Shown here: piece by piece, positions 39,611 to 49,353 of the stretch
How the letters are laid out: the number at the start of each line of letters is the position of its first letter
Numbering within the stretch: the stretch's first letter is position 1
From: Thermobacillus sp. ZCTH02-B1
GTDB taxonomy: Bacteria; Bacillota; Bacilli; Paenibacillales; Paenibacillaceae
NCBI RefSeq assembly: GCF_002159085.1
Contig: NZ_LZRU01000035.1
Location: forward strand, 19,866-83,865
Length of the DNA: 64,000 nt
Reading direction: 5' to 3'
Made by a program: the position numbers and the translations under genes
Notes under the pieces: model-generated
What the model was told of the DNA's origin: nothing
Seen by the model: only the letters and a program-made list of their open reading frames with translations
The model's database searches: none

Positions 39611-40275
39611 CCGCCCGCGCTCCCGCCGGAAGGCCGCCGACGGCGCGTGTACCGGCCGCGTCCGCGCGCGTGGCCGGCCGGCCGTTGCCGGCGTTTCGCA
39701 GGCCGGGCACACCGCTCCCGGGCGCACCGCACCCGGCCGCGCCGCCCTCTTCCCGCGGCGCCGGTCCGCACCCGACCGCCCGCAGCGATCGTCAGCGCCG
39801 GACCGCCCGCTGCTTCTTCCCATGCGCGGTACCAGTTGTCGATCATGCCGTGGATCTGGTAGAACACCGTGCTCATCGGCGCGACGTCAAAATCGTTCAG
39901 CTCGGGCTCCCCGTAAAGCAGCGCCGCCTGCTGATGGATGCAGTTGTGCAGCCCGGACGCCTCGATGAACCGTCCGAGCTCGTCGGCCGTCGCGAACGAC
40001 CGGGGCATCCGGAGAATGCGCGCCTCCGCGGCCCGGTCATAGCAGGGGGACTGCCGGATCGGCTCCGGCGGCACGATCCAGGGTGCGACGAGCCGCTCGT
40101 CGAGTCCGCGCCGGCGGTACCAGTCCAGCGCCCGCCGGATGAAGCTGCGGTGGAACTCGAGGAAATCGGCGCCGTATCCCGGCGGCGGATTCGCGGGATC
40201 GACGGCCATGCGCGCGCGGTGCCAGGTGCGGTGCTCCTCGAGCAGCCCGCGCGGAAAATCCGGAATGATCGGCAT
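39556..40275 (-). CDS. Minimal type-3 dicopper (hemocyanin/tyrosinase-like) protein with Arg-rich tail
   Basis: SD GGGAGG; H15xxxH19...GADFLEFH42R and H110NCIH114...PxxxxFYQIH142GMID. Confidence 0.72.
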   Translation of the reverse strand: MPIIPDFPRGLLEEHRTWHRARMAVDPANPPPGYGADFLEFHRSFIRRALDWYRRRGLDERLVAPWIVPPEPIRQSPCYDRAAEARILRMPRSFATADELGRFIEASGLHNCIHQQAALLYGEPELNDFDVAPMSTVFYQIHGMIDNWYRAWEEAAGGPALTIAAGGRVRTGAAGRGRRGRVRCARERCARPAKRRQRPAGHARGRGRYTRRRRPSGGSAGGQARSGGDRFRSRRNTSR

Positions 40276-40394
40276 GTGCGTACCTCCCTCGGGACGGCGT
40301 GGCCGTCCGGTATGATGCGGGATACGTCATGATATGCCGCGCATGGCCGTTCCGGACCCCGTCGACGCCGCCGGAGCCCCGTTCCGTCCGCCGT

Positions 40395-40508
40395 TCAGCC
40401 CGGCCAATGCCGGATCAGCCACCACACCGCCAGCCAGAACGGCGCGGACAGCAGCGCGCCGAACGCAAGGCCGGCGAGCGCGTTCCCGTCCTCACCCCTG
40501 CGCCGCAA
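40395..40508 (-). CDS. 37-aa single-pass membrane microprotein
   Basis: TAAGGAGTG SD, TTG 40508; MRRRGEDGNALAGLAFGALLSAPFWLAVWWLIRHWPG. Confidence 0.6.
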   Translation of the reverse strand: MRRRGEDGNALAGLAFGALLSAPFWLAVWWLIRHWPG

Positions 40509-40602
40509 GCCGGACCACTCCTTATCCGATGGTTTCTTACCGACATCTTGTCCCCGCGGTTCCGGCGATATACGTTTTCCGAAAAAAACCGTCCGCAACC
40601 TG

Positions 40603-40631
40603 TTGACACGGCGACCGAAGCCTGATATTCT
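40603..40631 (+). promoter_or_regulatory. Sigma-A promoter of tRNA
   Basis: TTGACA-N17-TATTCT with TG extension. Confidence 0.8.
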
Positions 40632-40662
40632 ATAAGAGTCGCGTGCAACAAAGGCGCAACAC

Positions 40663-40738
40663 GCTGAAGTAGCTCAGCTGGTAGAGCAGCGCATTCGTAA
40701 TGCGCGGGTCGGGGGTTCGAATCCCTTCTTCAGCACCA
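40663..40738 (+). tRNA. tRNA-Thr(CGU)
   Basis: 76-nt cloverleaf: acceptor GCTGAAG/CTTCAGC, anticodon arm GCGCA-TT-CGT-AA-TGCGC, GGTTCGAATCC, encoded CCA. Confidence 0.97.
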
Positions 40739-40750
40739 TATTCGAAAGCC

Positions 40751-40794
40751 GCGGCGCGGATTCCGGATGCACCGGAACCCGCGCCGCTTTTTTT
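40751..40794 (+). terminator. tRNA terminator
   Basis: GCGGCGCGG/CCGCGCCGC stem + T7. Confidence 0.85.
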
Positions 40795-40863
40795 GCTCGC
40801 CGCCGAACCGGAAAATCCCGCAACCAGCGCGTTGCCGCACAACGCGGCGGCGCGCATGCCGCG

Positions 40864-42453
40864 TTACAGCGGCTCCGCGAACTCCCCTTTCGCCGCGGCG
40901 ACGGCCGCGTGGCGCTGCCGATACTCGAGCGCCGTGATCCCCTCGAGCTCCTTGAACACGCGGTTGAAATGCTTCACATTCTCGAATCCGACGCGCCGGG
41001 CGATCTCGTACACCTTCGCGTCCGTATGGACGAGCAGCTCCTTCGCCTTCTCGATGCGCACGCGGCGCAGATAGGAAACGAAGCTTTCGCCCGTATATTC
41101 CTTGAACAATTGGCCGAAATAGGCGTAATTGAGCGAGACGTGGTTCGCCGCCATGGCCATGTTCAGATCCTTCCAGTAATTTTCCCGGATGTACTGAACG
41201 GCGGCGCGCATTTCCCTGTGCTCCGCGTGCGCCGACCGGAGCGAGCGGATGTAGTCCGACAAGAGGAGCAGGAGCTCCTCGACGTCGCGCCGGTAGTCCG
41301 CAAGCGACGCGTAATGGTCGAGGCTGCCGACGCGCCGGTACAGCTTCAGCACCTCCACCGATTCTTCGCCGTACGTGCGGAACACCTGGTCGAACACCTG
41401 CTCGTTCAGGGCCCGGCTGAGCGCCTCGAGATAGGCGACGCCGCCGTCGGGCGACTCCGGCAGCTCGAACAGGCGGCCTGCAAGCGCGAGCATCTCCCGG
41501 TCGCGTCCGGTTCCGAGCATGTTCGCGAGCTTGCGCACGAGATCCTGCGGCACATGCCGGACGGGCATGGCCGCCCCGTCCCCCTCGCCGGGCTCGGCCC
41601 TCAATAGCGCCGAACGGACCGGCGGCATGACGAGGCTCCGCTTGAGCGCCCGCTTCGCCTGCCGGTACCGCCGGACCAGCCGGACCGCGGAAGTCTCGCG
41701 CCCGCTGAGGCCGATATAGACCGGCGGCTCGCAGATCTTCCCGAGCTCCCCGGCCAGCGCCTCCGCCAGGCCGGGATCGGGGGAGGCGAAGACGAGCAGC
41801 CCGTCCCGGTCGGTCGTCCAGATCGCTTTGAGTCCGTCCGCCGCGCGCTGCCGGAGCCAGTCCTCGGCCTTCGCCCGACCGAGCGGATCGCCGGCCGGCT
41901 TGAGCACGCCGACCGCGTAATCCGGCGCAAGCAGTTCCGTCAGCCCGGCGGCTTCGATCCGCTCCATGACGGCCGCCTCGTCCTCCGGTTCTCCGACGAG
42001 CAAATACGCCAGCACGCTGGCCGCCATGCCCGACCGATACCGCTCGGCCTCCCGCCGGAGCGACTCCGTCTGCTCGGCCCGGCGCAGCGCTTCCTCCACC
42101 CGGTCCAGCGCCCGGTACAGCTCCTCGCGCACGATCGGTTTCAGCAGATACTCCTTCACGCCGTATTGGATCGCCTCGCGCGCGTAGTCAAAATCGTCGT
42201 ATCCGCTCAGAATGATGACGGCCGGCCGATACCCTTCATCCGCCGCCTTGCGGATCAGGGCGAAACCGTCCATCTCCGGCATCCGGATGTCGGTGATCAG
42301 CACATCGATCCGCCCCGTCCGGATGATCTCGAGCGCCTCCCGGCCGCCCTCCGCCGTCAGCGTCTCGTAGCGTCCGGCACACTCCCGGTCGATCATCGCC
42401 TTCACGCCCAGCCGAATGTTCCGTTCATCGTCGACGATGAGCAATCTCCGCAT
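40864..42453 (-). CDS. Response regulator, YesN family
   Basis: LLIVDDE, TDIRMPEMDG, C-terminal AraC HTH. Confidence 0.92.
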   Translation of the reverse strand: MRRLLIVDDERNIRLGVKAMIDRECAGRYETLTAEGGREALEIIRTGRIDVLITDIRMPEMDGFALIRKAADEGYRPAVIILSGYDDFDYAREAIQYGVKEYLLKPIVREELYRALDRVEEALRRAEQTESLRREAERYRSGMAASVLAYLLVGEPEDEAAVMERIEAAGLTELLAPDYAVGVLKPAGDPLGRAKAEDWLRQRAADGLKAIWTTDRDGLLVFASPDPGLAEALAGELGKICEPPVYIGLSGRETSAVRLVRRYRQAKRALKRSLVMPPVRSALLRAEPGEGDGAAMPVRHVPQDLVRKLANMLGTGRDREMLALAGRLFELPESPDGGVAYLEALSRALNEQVFDQVFRTYGEESVEVLKLYRRVGSLDHYASLADYRRDVEELLLLLSDYIRSLRSAHAEHREMRAAVQYIRENYWKDLNMAMAANHVSLNYAYFGQLFKEYTGESFVSYLRRVRIEKAKELLVHTDAKVYEIARRVGFENVKHFNRVFKELEGITALEYRQRHAAVAAAKGEFAEPL

Positions 42454-42454
42454 C

Positions 42455-44341
42455 TCACTCCGCCCCTCCGTTCGCGATGCGCATGGGAAGCCGCATGGTC
42501 ACGCGCGTATACCGTCCCGCTTCGCTTTCCACGGCGAGTCCGCAGTCCGGGCCGTAATAGAGCCGGATGCGCTGCTGGACATTGAGCAGGCCGATGCCGC
42601 CGGTTGTCCCGCCGGCGGCCGGACCGCCCGGCGCCGCGGTCCCCCCGGTCCGTTCCAGCCTGTCGTTCAGCGCGGCGGTCTGCTCCGGCGTCATCCCCCG
42701 GCCGTCGTCCTCGACCGTCAGCAGGAGGAAACCTTGTTCTTCCCGGCACGCGATCGAAATCCCGAGGCCGCGCCCGCCGCCTTCCCAGAGGCCGTGCTTC
42801 ACCGCGTTTTCCACGATCGGCTGCAACGTCAGCTTCAGCATTTCACAATCCAGGAACCGCTCCGGAATATCGGTTGTGAGCCGGATCTTGCGCTCGAACC
42901 GGATGTTCATGATCGCCACGTAATTCGACACATGCGCCAGCTCATCGCGCAGCAGCGCGTATTCGCTCGTCCAGCGCAGGTTGTAGCGCATCAGCCCGCC
43001 GAGCGAGGTCAGCGCGTCGGAAATCTCGTACTGCCCTTCGATCTCGGCCAGCATCTTGATGCTCTCCAGCGTGTTGTACAGAAAATGCGAATCGATCTGG
43101 TTCTTCAGCGTCCGGAGCTCCGCCTCCTTCGATGCCGCCTGCTTCTGGACCGCGTCGGCGATCAGCTCGTTGATCTTCTTGAGCATCTTGCGAAAATGAT
43201 GCGCCAGTTCGCCGACTTCGCCCCCGCCCCGCACCGGTATGTCGAACGAGAAATCGCCCTGCCGCACCTTTTTCATCGAATCGCGCAGAATGACGAGCCG
43301 CTTCAGAATGAGCTTGACCGAAAAATAGGTGACCGTCGACAGAATCATGAGCAGCATGACGATCGCCGCGATCAGCTTGTTTCTCGCCTCGTTCATGTCG
43401 TGCAGCGCCTGTTCAAGCGAGACGACGTTGACCAGGTGCATGTCGAGCTGGTCGAACCAGGCGATCACCGCCAGCATCGGCCGGCCTTCGGCCCGGAACA
43501 GCACGCTCCGGATGCGTTCGGCGCCCGCCTCGGCCACGAGCTCGAGGAGCCGCTCCTCCGTCACGCCCGCTTCGGCCAGCCACGGATTCTCCCGGTTGTA
43601 ATACAGCCCTCCGTCCCGGTCTACCGCGGCCATCTGCGCCTGCCGTCCATCGTAGCCGGCATAGATCGACGGAAAAAAATCGCGCAGCCGCATGTCGACC
43701 TCGAGCACGCCCGCGTGGACGCCCGAAACGTACTCGAGCTCCCGGAGCAGCATCATCACCGGCACAGGCGTCACGTCATCCACCACGCCGCGCCGCACCA
43801 GCCCGTCGTCGTTCGGCGACACCTGCCAGTAAATCTGGCCGTTCAAATCGTTCACCGTCTCATACCACGGCTCTCCGGCGATCCTCGATTCGTGCCAGAA
43901 GACCGGGTACAGCTCCCGTACATTTTCGTTGTCCGAGAAAATGCGAATGTGGCGGATCTTCGGATTCGTGTTCTGCAGATGCGTCATGACCGAGACGAGA
44001 TGGTTCCGGATTTCCATCAGCTCCAGCGTCTCCGGCTCGCGGACCAGGCGCAGGTATTCCTCCACGTCCCTGTAGGTGTAGGCCAGTTCCGCCACGCGAA
44101 TCATCGTCTCGATGTTGCTTTCGACGTTTGCGCGCTCCAGCTCCATGGCGGATTCGTGTTCCAGCCGCGCCTTCTCGATGTAGTCCGCCGACATGTCCCG
44201 GAACAGCAGCCAGGCGATGATGAGGCTCGGAATCAGCAGGATGACGATGTACGTCATGATGAGCCGCTGCTGGATCGGCCATTGCTCCATTTTGTATGCG
44301 ATTTCACGAAACCATCTGCCGAACCGCTCTTTCATCGCCAT
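42455..44341 (-). CDS. Sensor histidine kinase, YesM/LytS family
   Basis: LKNQIDSHFLYNTLE, QPIVENAVKHG, DDGRG. Confidence 0.92.
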   Translation of the reverse strand: MAMKERFGRWFREIAYKMEQWPIQQRLIMTYIVILLIPSLIIAWLLFRDMSADYIEKARLEHESAMELERANVESNIETMIRVAELAYTYRDVEEYLRLVREPETLELMEIRNHLVSVMTHLQNTNPKIRHIRIFSDNENVRELYPVFWHESRIAGEPWYETVNDLNGQIYWQVSPNDDGLVRRGVVDDVTPVPVMMLLRELEYVSGVHAGVLEVDMRLRDFFPSIYAGYDGRQAQMAAVDRDGGLYYNRENPWLAEAGVTEERLLELVAEAGAERIRSVLFRAEGRPMLAVIAWFDQLDMHLVNVVSLEQALHDMNEARNKLIAAIVMLLMILSTVTYFSVKLILKRLVILRDSMKKVRQGDFSFDIPVRGGGEVGELAHHFRKMLKKINELIADAVQKQAASKEAELRTLKNQIDSHFLYNTLESIKMLAEIEGQYEISDALTSLGGLMRYNLRWTSEYALLRDELAHVSNYVAIMNIRFERKIRLTTDIPERFLDCEMLKLTLQPIVENAVKHGLWEGGGRGLGISIACREEQGFLLLTVEDDGRGMTPEQTAALNDRLERTGGTAAPGGPAAGGTTGGIGLLNVQQRIRLYYGPDCGLAVESEAGRYTRVTMRLPMRIANGGAE

Positions 44342-44509
44342 ACCCCTGTTCGCATCTTGTCGCGATCCGCTGCGGACCGCCGCCGGCCGGTTTGCCTTCT
44401 TTCAATTATAGTCATGCACGGTCATGCTGACGATGGCCGCGGAAGCGCCAAACCGCCGAAGGCCGCTCCACGGGGAGCGGCATCGGCGGTCCCGGGAAGC
44501 CGGACCGGT

Positions 44510-46231
44510 TCACTTCAGGAACTCGGCCAGCTTCTTGACATTTTCTTCATATTTCATTTGCCGGTAGGCCTGGAGTTTGTCCCAGCCGGCCTTCTCGCGC
44601 TCGGCGAGATAGTCGTTCCAGATCTTGTCGAATTCGGCTTCGCTCTTGGCGAGCAGCAACTTCGGCAGCGTCTTGCCGAACTCCTGGTCGATCTTCGTCT
44701 TCGCGATGCCTTCCTCGGAGTTCGCCGGCGGATCGAGCAGGTCGAACTGCGAGAAGCTGTAGGTTTTGCCCTTCGTCCAGTCCTCCATCTGCTTGAACGG
44801 TTCGACCGAAGGCGGCGTCCATTGCAGGCTCATGTTCGTATCCATCAGCATCCAGAACGTGTAGGACGCGCCGTACTGCTTGTCGAACGCCGAACGGTCG
44901 GTTTGCAGCAGCTCGAGCGCCTCCGGCAGGAACTGGTCCTTGCCGTCGATCGTGTCCCAGGTGACGCCCTTCTCGCCGAGATACAGGTCCTTCTGTCCTT
45001 CCTCGCTGATGAGGTACGTGAGGAACTGGATGGCGCGCGCCTTGTCCTTCACGTCCTTCGAAATGAGCGTCAGCGTCCAGCCGGAGATCGACGGTCCGGC
45101 CAGCGTCGGCGGATCGAGGTTCGCGTTCGCCGGGCCGTCGACCGCGATGTACACCGAATTCGGATCGTTTGCGTACAGCACGTTCTGCTGCGCCGTGAAG
45201 TCGGTGCGCTGATACAGCATCGCGAAATAGCGGCCCTGCGCGATCTTCTCCTCCATCTGCGGACGCTTGTCGATGAAGATGTCCTTCGCGAGCAGCCCTT
45301 CCTCGTTCGCCTGGCGGAGCACCTTCAGCCACCGCACGTATTCCGGATCGGTCTGCCGGTCATACAGCTTCCCGTCCTTCTCGTGCGGAATCGCGAGAAA
45401 GTTCTGCAGATAATCCTGCAGCGAATAGTTGCCGGTCTCGGTGAATTCGTGCAGGCCGAGCGGAATGAGCGGCTGCCCGTTCACCTCCGGGAACATTTCC
45501 TTCGCCCTTCTCAGCGCGTCGAGGAAGCCTTCCGGCGTCCGCATGTCCGGCTTGCCGAGCGCCTCGTACATGTCCTTGCGCACGACGAACGTCTGGTTCG
45601 AGACGTAATGCTCGCCGTACAGCTCGTAATCCTTCGGCGACGACGACGCGTTCGGGTAGCCGTACACGTTGCCGTCGGGCTGCGTGTACCACGCCAGCTT
45701 CGCCGGGTCGGCGACCTTGAAGAAGTACGGGTCGTACTCTTCCGCCAGCTTGTTGAGCGGCAGGACGAGACCGCCCTCGATCATCCGCTTCACGCCGTCC
45801 TCGTACCAGCCGAGCGTGATGAAGTCGGGCAGTTTGCCGGACGCGATCATCGCGTTCAGCTTCTCGTTCTCGTTGCCCGCCGGGACGATGAAGTTGATGT
45901 TCACGCCCGTCTTCCGCGTCACGTACTGGCTCGTCGGATCTTCGCCCCATTTGCTCGGGAACCAGGCGAAGTTGATGTACCAGTCGAACGTGATCGGATC
46001 GGTGTTCGACTTCCAGCCCGGCTCGTCGGCCGACGGCTTCGCGTCGCTTCCGCCGCCGCTGCCGCCGGCATCGCCCCCCGCATTCTGGTTCTGCGTTGCG
46101 CCGGTGTTCGACGATCCGCCCGATCCTCCGGAGCCCGCATTCTTGCCCCCGCCCGAGCAGGCGGCCGCGAGCGTCAGGATGAGCGCCAGGACGATCGCCA
46201 GGGCCGTGAATCGCTTGCTTTGCAACCGCAT
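44510..46231 (-). CDS. Carbohydrate ABC transporter substrate-binding lipoprotein
   Basis: ATG 46231 after GAGGGGG; lipobox AAAC; Gly/Ser linker; KTGVNI...MIASGKLPD. Confidence 0.92.
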   Translation of the reverse strand: MRLQSKRFTALAIVLALILTLAAACSGGGKNAGSGGSGGSSNTGATQNQNAGGDAGGSGGGSDAKPSADEPGWKSNTDPITFDWYINFAWFPSKWGEDPTSQYVTRKTGVNINFIVPAGNENEKLNAMIASGKLPDFITLGWYEDGVKRMIEGGLVLPLNKLAEEYDPYFFKVADPAKLAWYTQPDGNVYGYPNASSSPKDYELYGEHYVSNQTFVVRKDMYEALGKPDMRTPEGFLDALRRAKEMFPEVNGQPLIPLGLHEFTETGNYSLQDYLQNFLAIPHEKDGKLYDRQTDPEYVRWLKVLRQANEEGLLAKDIFIDKRPQMEEKIAQGRYFAMLYQRTDFTAQQNVLYANDPNSVYIAVDGPANANLDPPTLAGPSISGWTLTLISKDVKDKARAIQFLTYLISEEGQKDLYLGEKGVTWDTIDGKDQFLPEALELLQTDRSAFDKQYGASYTFWMLMDTNMSLQWTPPSVEPFKQMEDWTKGKTYSFSQFDLLDPPANSEEGIAKTKIDQEFGKTLPKLLLAKSEAEFDKIWNDYLAEREKAGWDKLQAYRQMKYEENVKKLAEFLK

Positions 46232-46310
46232 TCGGCAAATCCCCCTCAAGTCTGTTGTACGGCTGTACAGTATGGCATGAAGCCCGTTTCCCGGGACCGG
46301 AAACCTTGGA

Positions 46311-47198
46311 TCATCCTTTGATCGATCCGATCATGAGCCCCTTCACGAAATACTTCTGCAGGAACGGGTAGATGAACACGATCGGCATCGTCGTGACGAC
46401 CATCGTCGCCAGCTTGATCGACTGGCTCGTGACGGTCCGGTTGATCCCCGGCCCGACGCTGGCGACGATCTGGTTCGAGCTGCTCTGCGCGACGACCCGG
46501 TACAGAAACGTCTGGATCGGCTGCAGATCCGGATTGTTGATGTAGATCATCCCGGTGAAGTAGTCGTTCCATTGCCAGACGCCGTGGAACAGGGCGATCG
46601 TCGCCACGACCGGCGTCGACACCGGAATGATGATCCGGACGAAGATCGACAGGTCGTTCGCGCCGTCGATCCGGGCCGCTTCCTCGAGCCCGTCGGGAAT
46701 GTCCCGGAAGAAGGCGAGAAAGATGATCAGATCGAAGAAGCTGAACATCGCCGGAATGATGTAGACGGCGAACTTGTCGAGCAGGCCGAGATCGCGGATG
46801 AGCAGAAACGTCGGAATGAGCCCGCCGCCGAAGAACAGCGTCACCGTGCCCATCATCATGTAAAATTTCCGGCCGATCAGCTCCCGGCGCGAGTAGGCGT
46901 AGGCGACCATCGCGGTGAAAAAGACGTGGCAGATGACGCCGATCACCGTCTTGGCCGCCGTGACCCCCATCGCGGTCATGATGCCCGCGTTCTCGAACAC
47001 GGCCTTGTAGTTGTCGAGGCTGAACTTCCGCGGCAGCCAGTAAATGCCGCCCCGCATCGCGTCCTGCCCGTCGTTCAGCGAATTGACAAACACATACCAG
47101 ATCGGATAAAGCGTGATGAAGCAGAGCAGGAGCATGCCGATGACGTTGAGCGCATCGAACATTTTGTCGCCCGTGGACAGTTGCTTCCGGGTCGGCAT
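46311..47198 (-). CDS. Carbohydrate ABC transporter permease
   Basis: FGGGLIP, LEEAARIDGA, YPFLQKYFVKG. Confidence 0.93.
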   Translation of the reverse strand: MPTRKQLSTGDKMFDALNVIGMLLLCFITLYPIWYVFVNSLNDGQDAMRGGIYWLPRKFSLDNYKAVFENAGIMTAMGVTAAKTVIGVICHVFFTAMVAYAYSRRELIGRKFYMMMGTVTLFFGGGLIPTFLLIRDLGLLDKFAVYIIPAMFSFFDLIIFLAFFRDIPDGLEEAARIDGANDLSIFVRIIIPVSTPVVATIALFHGVWQWNDYFTGMIYINNPDLQPIQTFLYRVVAQSSSNQIVASVGPGINRTVTSQSIKLATMVVTTMPIVFIYPFLQKYFVKGLMIGSIKG

Positions 47199-47224
47199 GG
47201 GGCACACCTCTTTCCTCGCGGATG

Positions 47225-48190
47225 TCAGAACAGCCCGGTGCCGTTGATCCGCTTCGTGACCTTGTTCGCGGCCAGGAGCAGGATCAGGGCGACGATCGAT
47301 TTCAGCAGACCGAACGCCGTCGCGTACGAATACCTTCCGGACAGCAGACCGACGTGGTAGACGTAGATGTCGATCACGTTGCTGGCGCTCTCGTTCAGCG
47401 AATTGCGCAGGACGAGAATCTGGTCGAAATTCGAGTTCAGCACGCCGCTGACGGCGAGGATGAACAGGATCGTGATCGTGCCGCTGATGCCGGGGAGCGT
47501 GACGTAGCGCATTTTCTGGAACCGGTTCGCGCCGTCGATCGTCGCCGCCTCGTACAGTTCCGGCGACACGCTCGTGATCGCGGCCAGGTAGATGATCGCC
47601 GACCAGCCGAGCTCTTTCCAGATGTCCGACACGATGACGATCGGCCAGAACCAGGACGGCTCGGCGAGGAACCAGATCGGCTCGTCCAGGATGCCGAGCG
47701 CGATGAGCAGCCGGTTGACGAGGCCGACATCCGACAGCCAGGTCGCCAGAATGCCGCCGAGGATGACCCAGGACAGGAAGTGCGGCAGATAGGAGATCGT
47801 CTGCACCGCCTTCTTGAACCGGAGCGAACGCAGCTCGTTGAGCAGCAGCGCGAACAGGATCGGCAGCGGGAAACCGACCGCCAGCTTGATCAGGCTGATG
47901 CCGAGCGTGTTGCGGAGGATGCGCGGCAGCTCGTCATCCGTCAGCACGTCCCGGAAATGCTTCAGGCCGACCCACGGCGATTCGCCGATCGTGCGGATGA
48001 TGTCGTAATCCTTGAACGCGATGATGATGCCGTACATCGGAATGTAGTTGAAGACGAACATCCACGCCGCCCCGGCGAGCGCCATGAGCTGCAGATAGCG
48101 CTGCGCGGCCAGCTTGCGCAGCAGCTTGAGCAGCCGCTCCCCGCGCGGCGCGGACGCGGGCCGCAATTCGGCTCTGAATTCCGTGTCCAA
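47225..48190 (-). CDS. Carbohydrate ABC transporter permease
   Basis: TTG 48190 after GGGAGGG; YLPHFLSWV, LYEAATIDGA. Confidence 0.92.
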   Translation of the reverse strand: MDTEFRAELRPASAPRGERLLKLLRKLAAQRYLQLMALAGAAWMFVFNYIPMYGIIIAFKDYDIIRTIGESPWVGLKHFRDVLTDDELPRILRNTLGISLIKLAVGFPLPILFALLLNELRSLRFKKAVQTISYLPHFLSWVILGGILATWLSDVGLVNRLLIALGILDEPIWFLAEPSWFWPIVIVSDIWKELGWSAIIYLAAITSVSPELYEAATIDGANRFQKMRYVTLPGISGTITILFILAVSGVLNSNFDQILVLRNSLNESASNVIDIYVYHVGLLSGRYSYATAFGLLKSIVALILLLAANKVTKRINGTGLF

Positions 48191-48411
48191 TCGCGAATCC
48201 CTCCCGGTGCGGCCGCGCCGGCACCGGTGTCTTCCCCGGTCCGGCATGATCGTACCCCCATTGTAGAACGGCGGCCGGCGGGACATAAGGTCTCATTTTT
48301 TCAATCGGGTTGCAAAATTACAGGGTATCTTCTTTCCGCGCCGTCCACTATAATGACCGGCAGGGACACCATTTCGCGAATGGAACGAATGCACGGAAGG
48401 GGCATGGGACG

Positions 48412-49350
48412 ATGGACGCGATCCGCATCGCGGGAGTGGAGAAGCCGGTATCGAGGCTGATCAAGGGGACCGATTACTTCCGGCACGAAACTTACGAGCT
48501 GGCGGCCGCCAATCTCGACGCGTTTCTGGCGATCGGGGGCAACACGATCGACACCGCGCGCATCTACTGCGGCGGCGAAAGCGAGGAAGTGCTGGGGCGC
48601 TACATGGAGGAGCGGAAGGCGCGGGACCGCTTCGTCATTCTGACGAAGGGCGCGCACCCCGACGAGCGCGGGCCCCGCGTCAACCGGGAAGCGATCCGGG
48701 AGGATCTGTTCCGAAGCCTGGAGAAGCTCCGGACCGATCACGTGGAACTGTACGCCCTGCACCGGGACGACCCGGACGTGCCGGTCGGGGAAATCCTCGA
48801 GGAGCTGAACGAGCATATCGAAGCCGGCCGGATCCGGGCGATCGGCGGCTCCAACTGGACGTGGCGGCGGCTCATGGAAGCGAACGCGTACGCGGAGGCG
48901 CACGGGCTGATCGGTTTCTCGTTCAGCAGCCCGAACCTCAGCCTCGCGAAGGCAAAGGAGCCGTTCTGGCCGGGCTGCGTGTCGGCGGACCGGGAGACGA
49001 TCCGTTGGCACGAGGAGACGCAGATGCCGCTGCTCTCGTGGTCGTCGCTCGCGCGCGGCTTCCTGTCGGGAAGGTTCAGCCCCGATCGGCGGGACGACCC
49101 GGACATCGTCCGGGTGTACTACAGCGAGGCGAATTGGGAGCGGTTGCGCCGGGCGGAGGCGCTGGCGCGGAGGAAAGGGGTTTCGGTCGCGCAGATCGGG
49201 CTGGCCTGGGTGCTGAACCAGCCGTTTCCGACCTGTGCGCTGATCGGTGCCCGCAACGCGGAGGAGCTGCGCTCCTGCCGCGAAGCCATGGACATCCGGC
49301 TGACGCGGGAGGAGCTGGACTGGCTCGATCTGGCATCGGATGAACGGTGA
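48412..49350 (+). CDS. Aldo/keto reductase
   Basis: IDTARIY, TKGAHP, LHRDD, IGGSNW, SWSSLARG. Confidence 0.9.
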   Translation: MDAIRIAGVEKPVSRLIKGTDYFRHETYELAAANLDAFLAIGGNTIDTARIYCGGESEEVLGRYMEERKARDRFVILTKGAHPDERGPRVNREAIREDLFRSLEKLRTDHVELYALHRDDPDVPVGEILEELNEHIEAGRIRAIGGSNWTWRRLMEANAYAEAHGLIGFSFSSPNLSLAKAKEPFWPGCVSADRETIRWHEETQMPLLSWSSLARGFLSGRFSPDRRDDPDIVRVYYSEANWERLRRAEALARRKGVSVAQIGLAWVLNQPFPTCALIGARNAEELRSCREAMDIRLTREELDWLDLASDER

Positions 49351-49353
49351 CGA

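Noticed and set aside
40663-40738. tRNA-Thr as an island integration site
   Set aside because: No integrase and no duplicated tRNA 3' end seen in the window; the native terminator is intact.
42416-46321. 1301-aa plus-strand ORF and other long antisense ORFs (7175..8923, 10566..13163, 34518..37187, 58123..60213)
   Set aside because: Antisense shadows of well-supported genes, caused by high GC3; no SD or recognisable domain.
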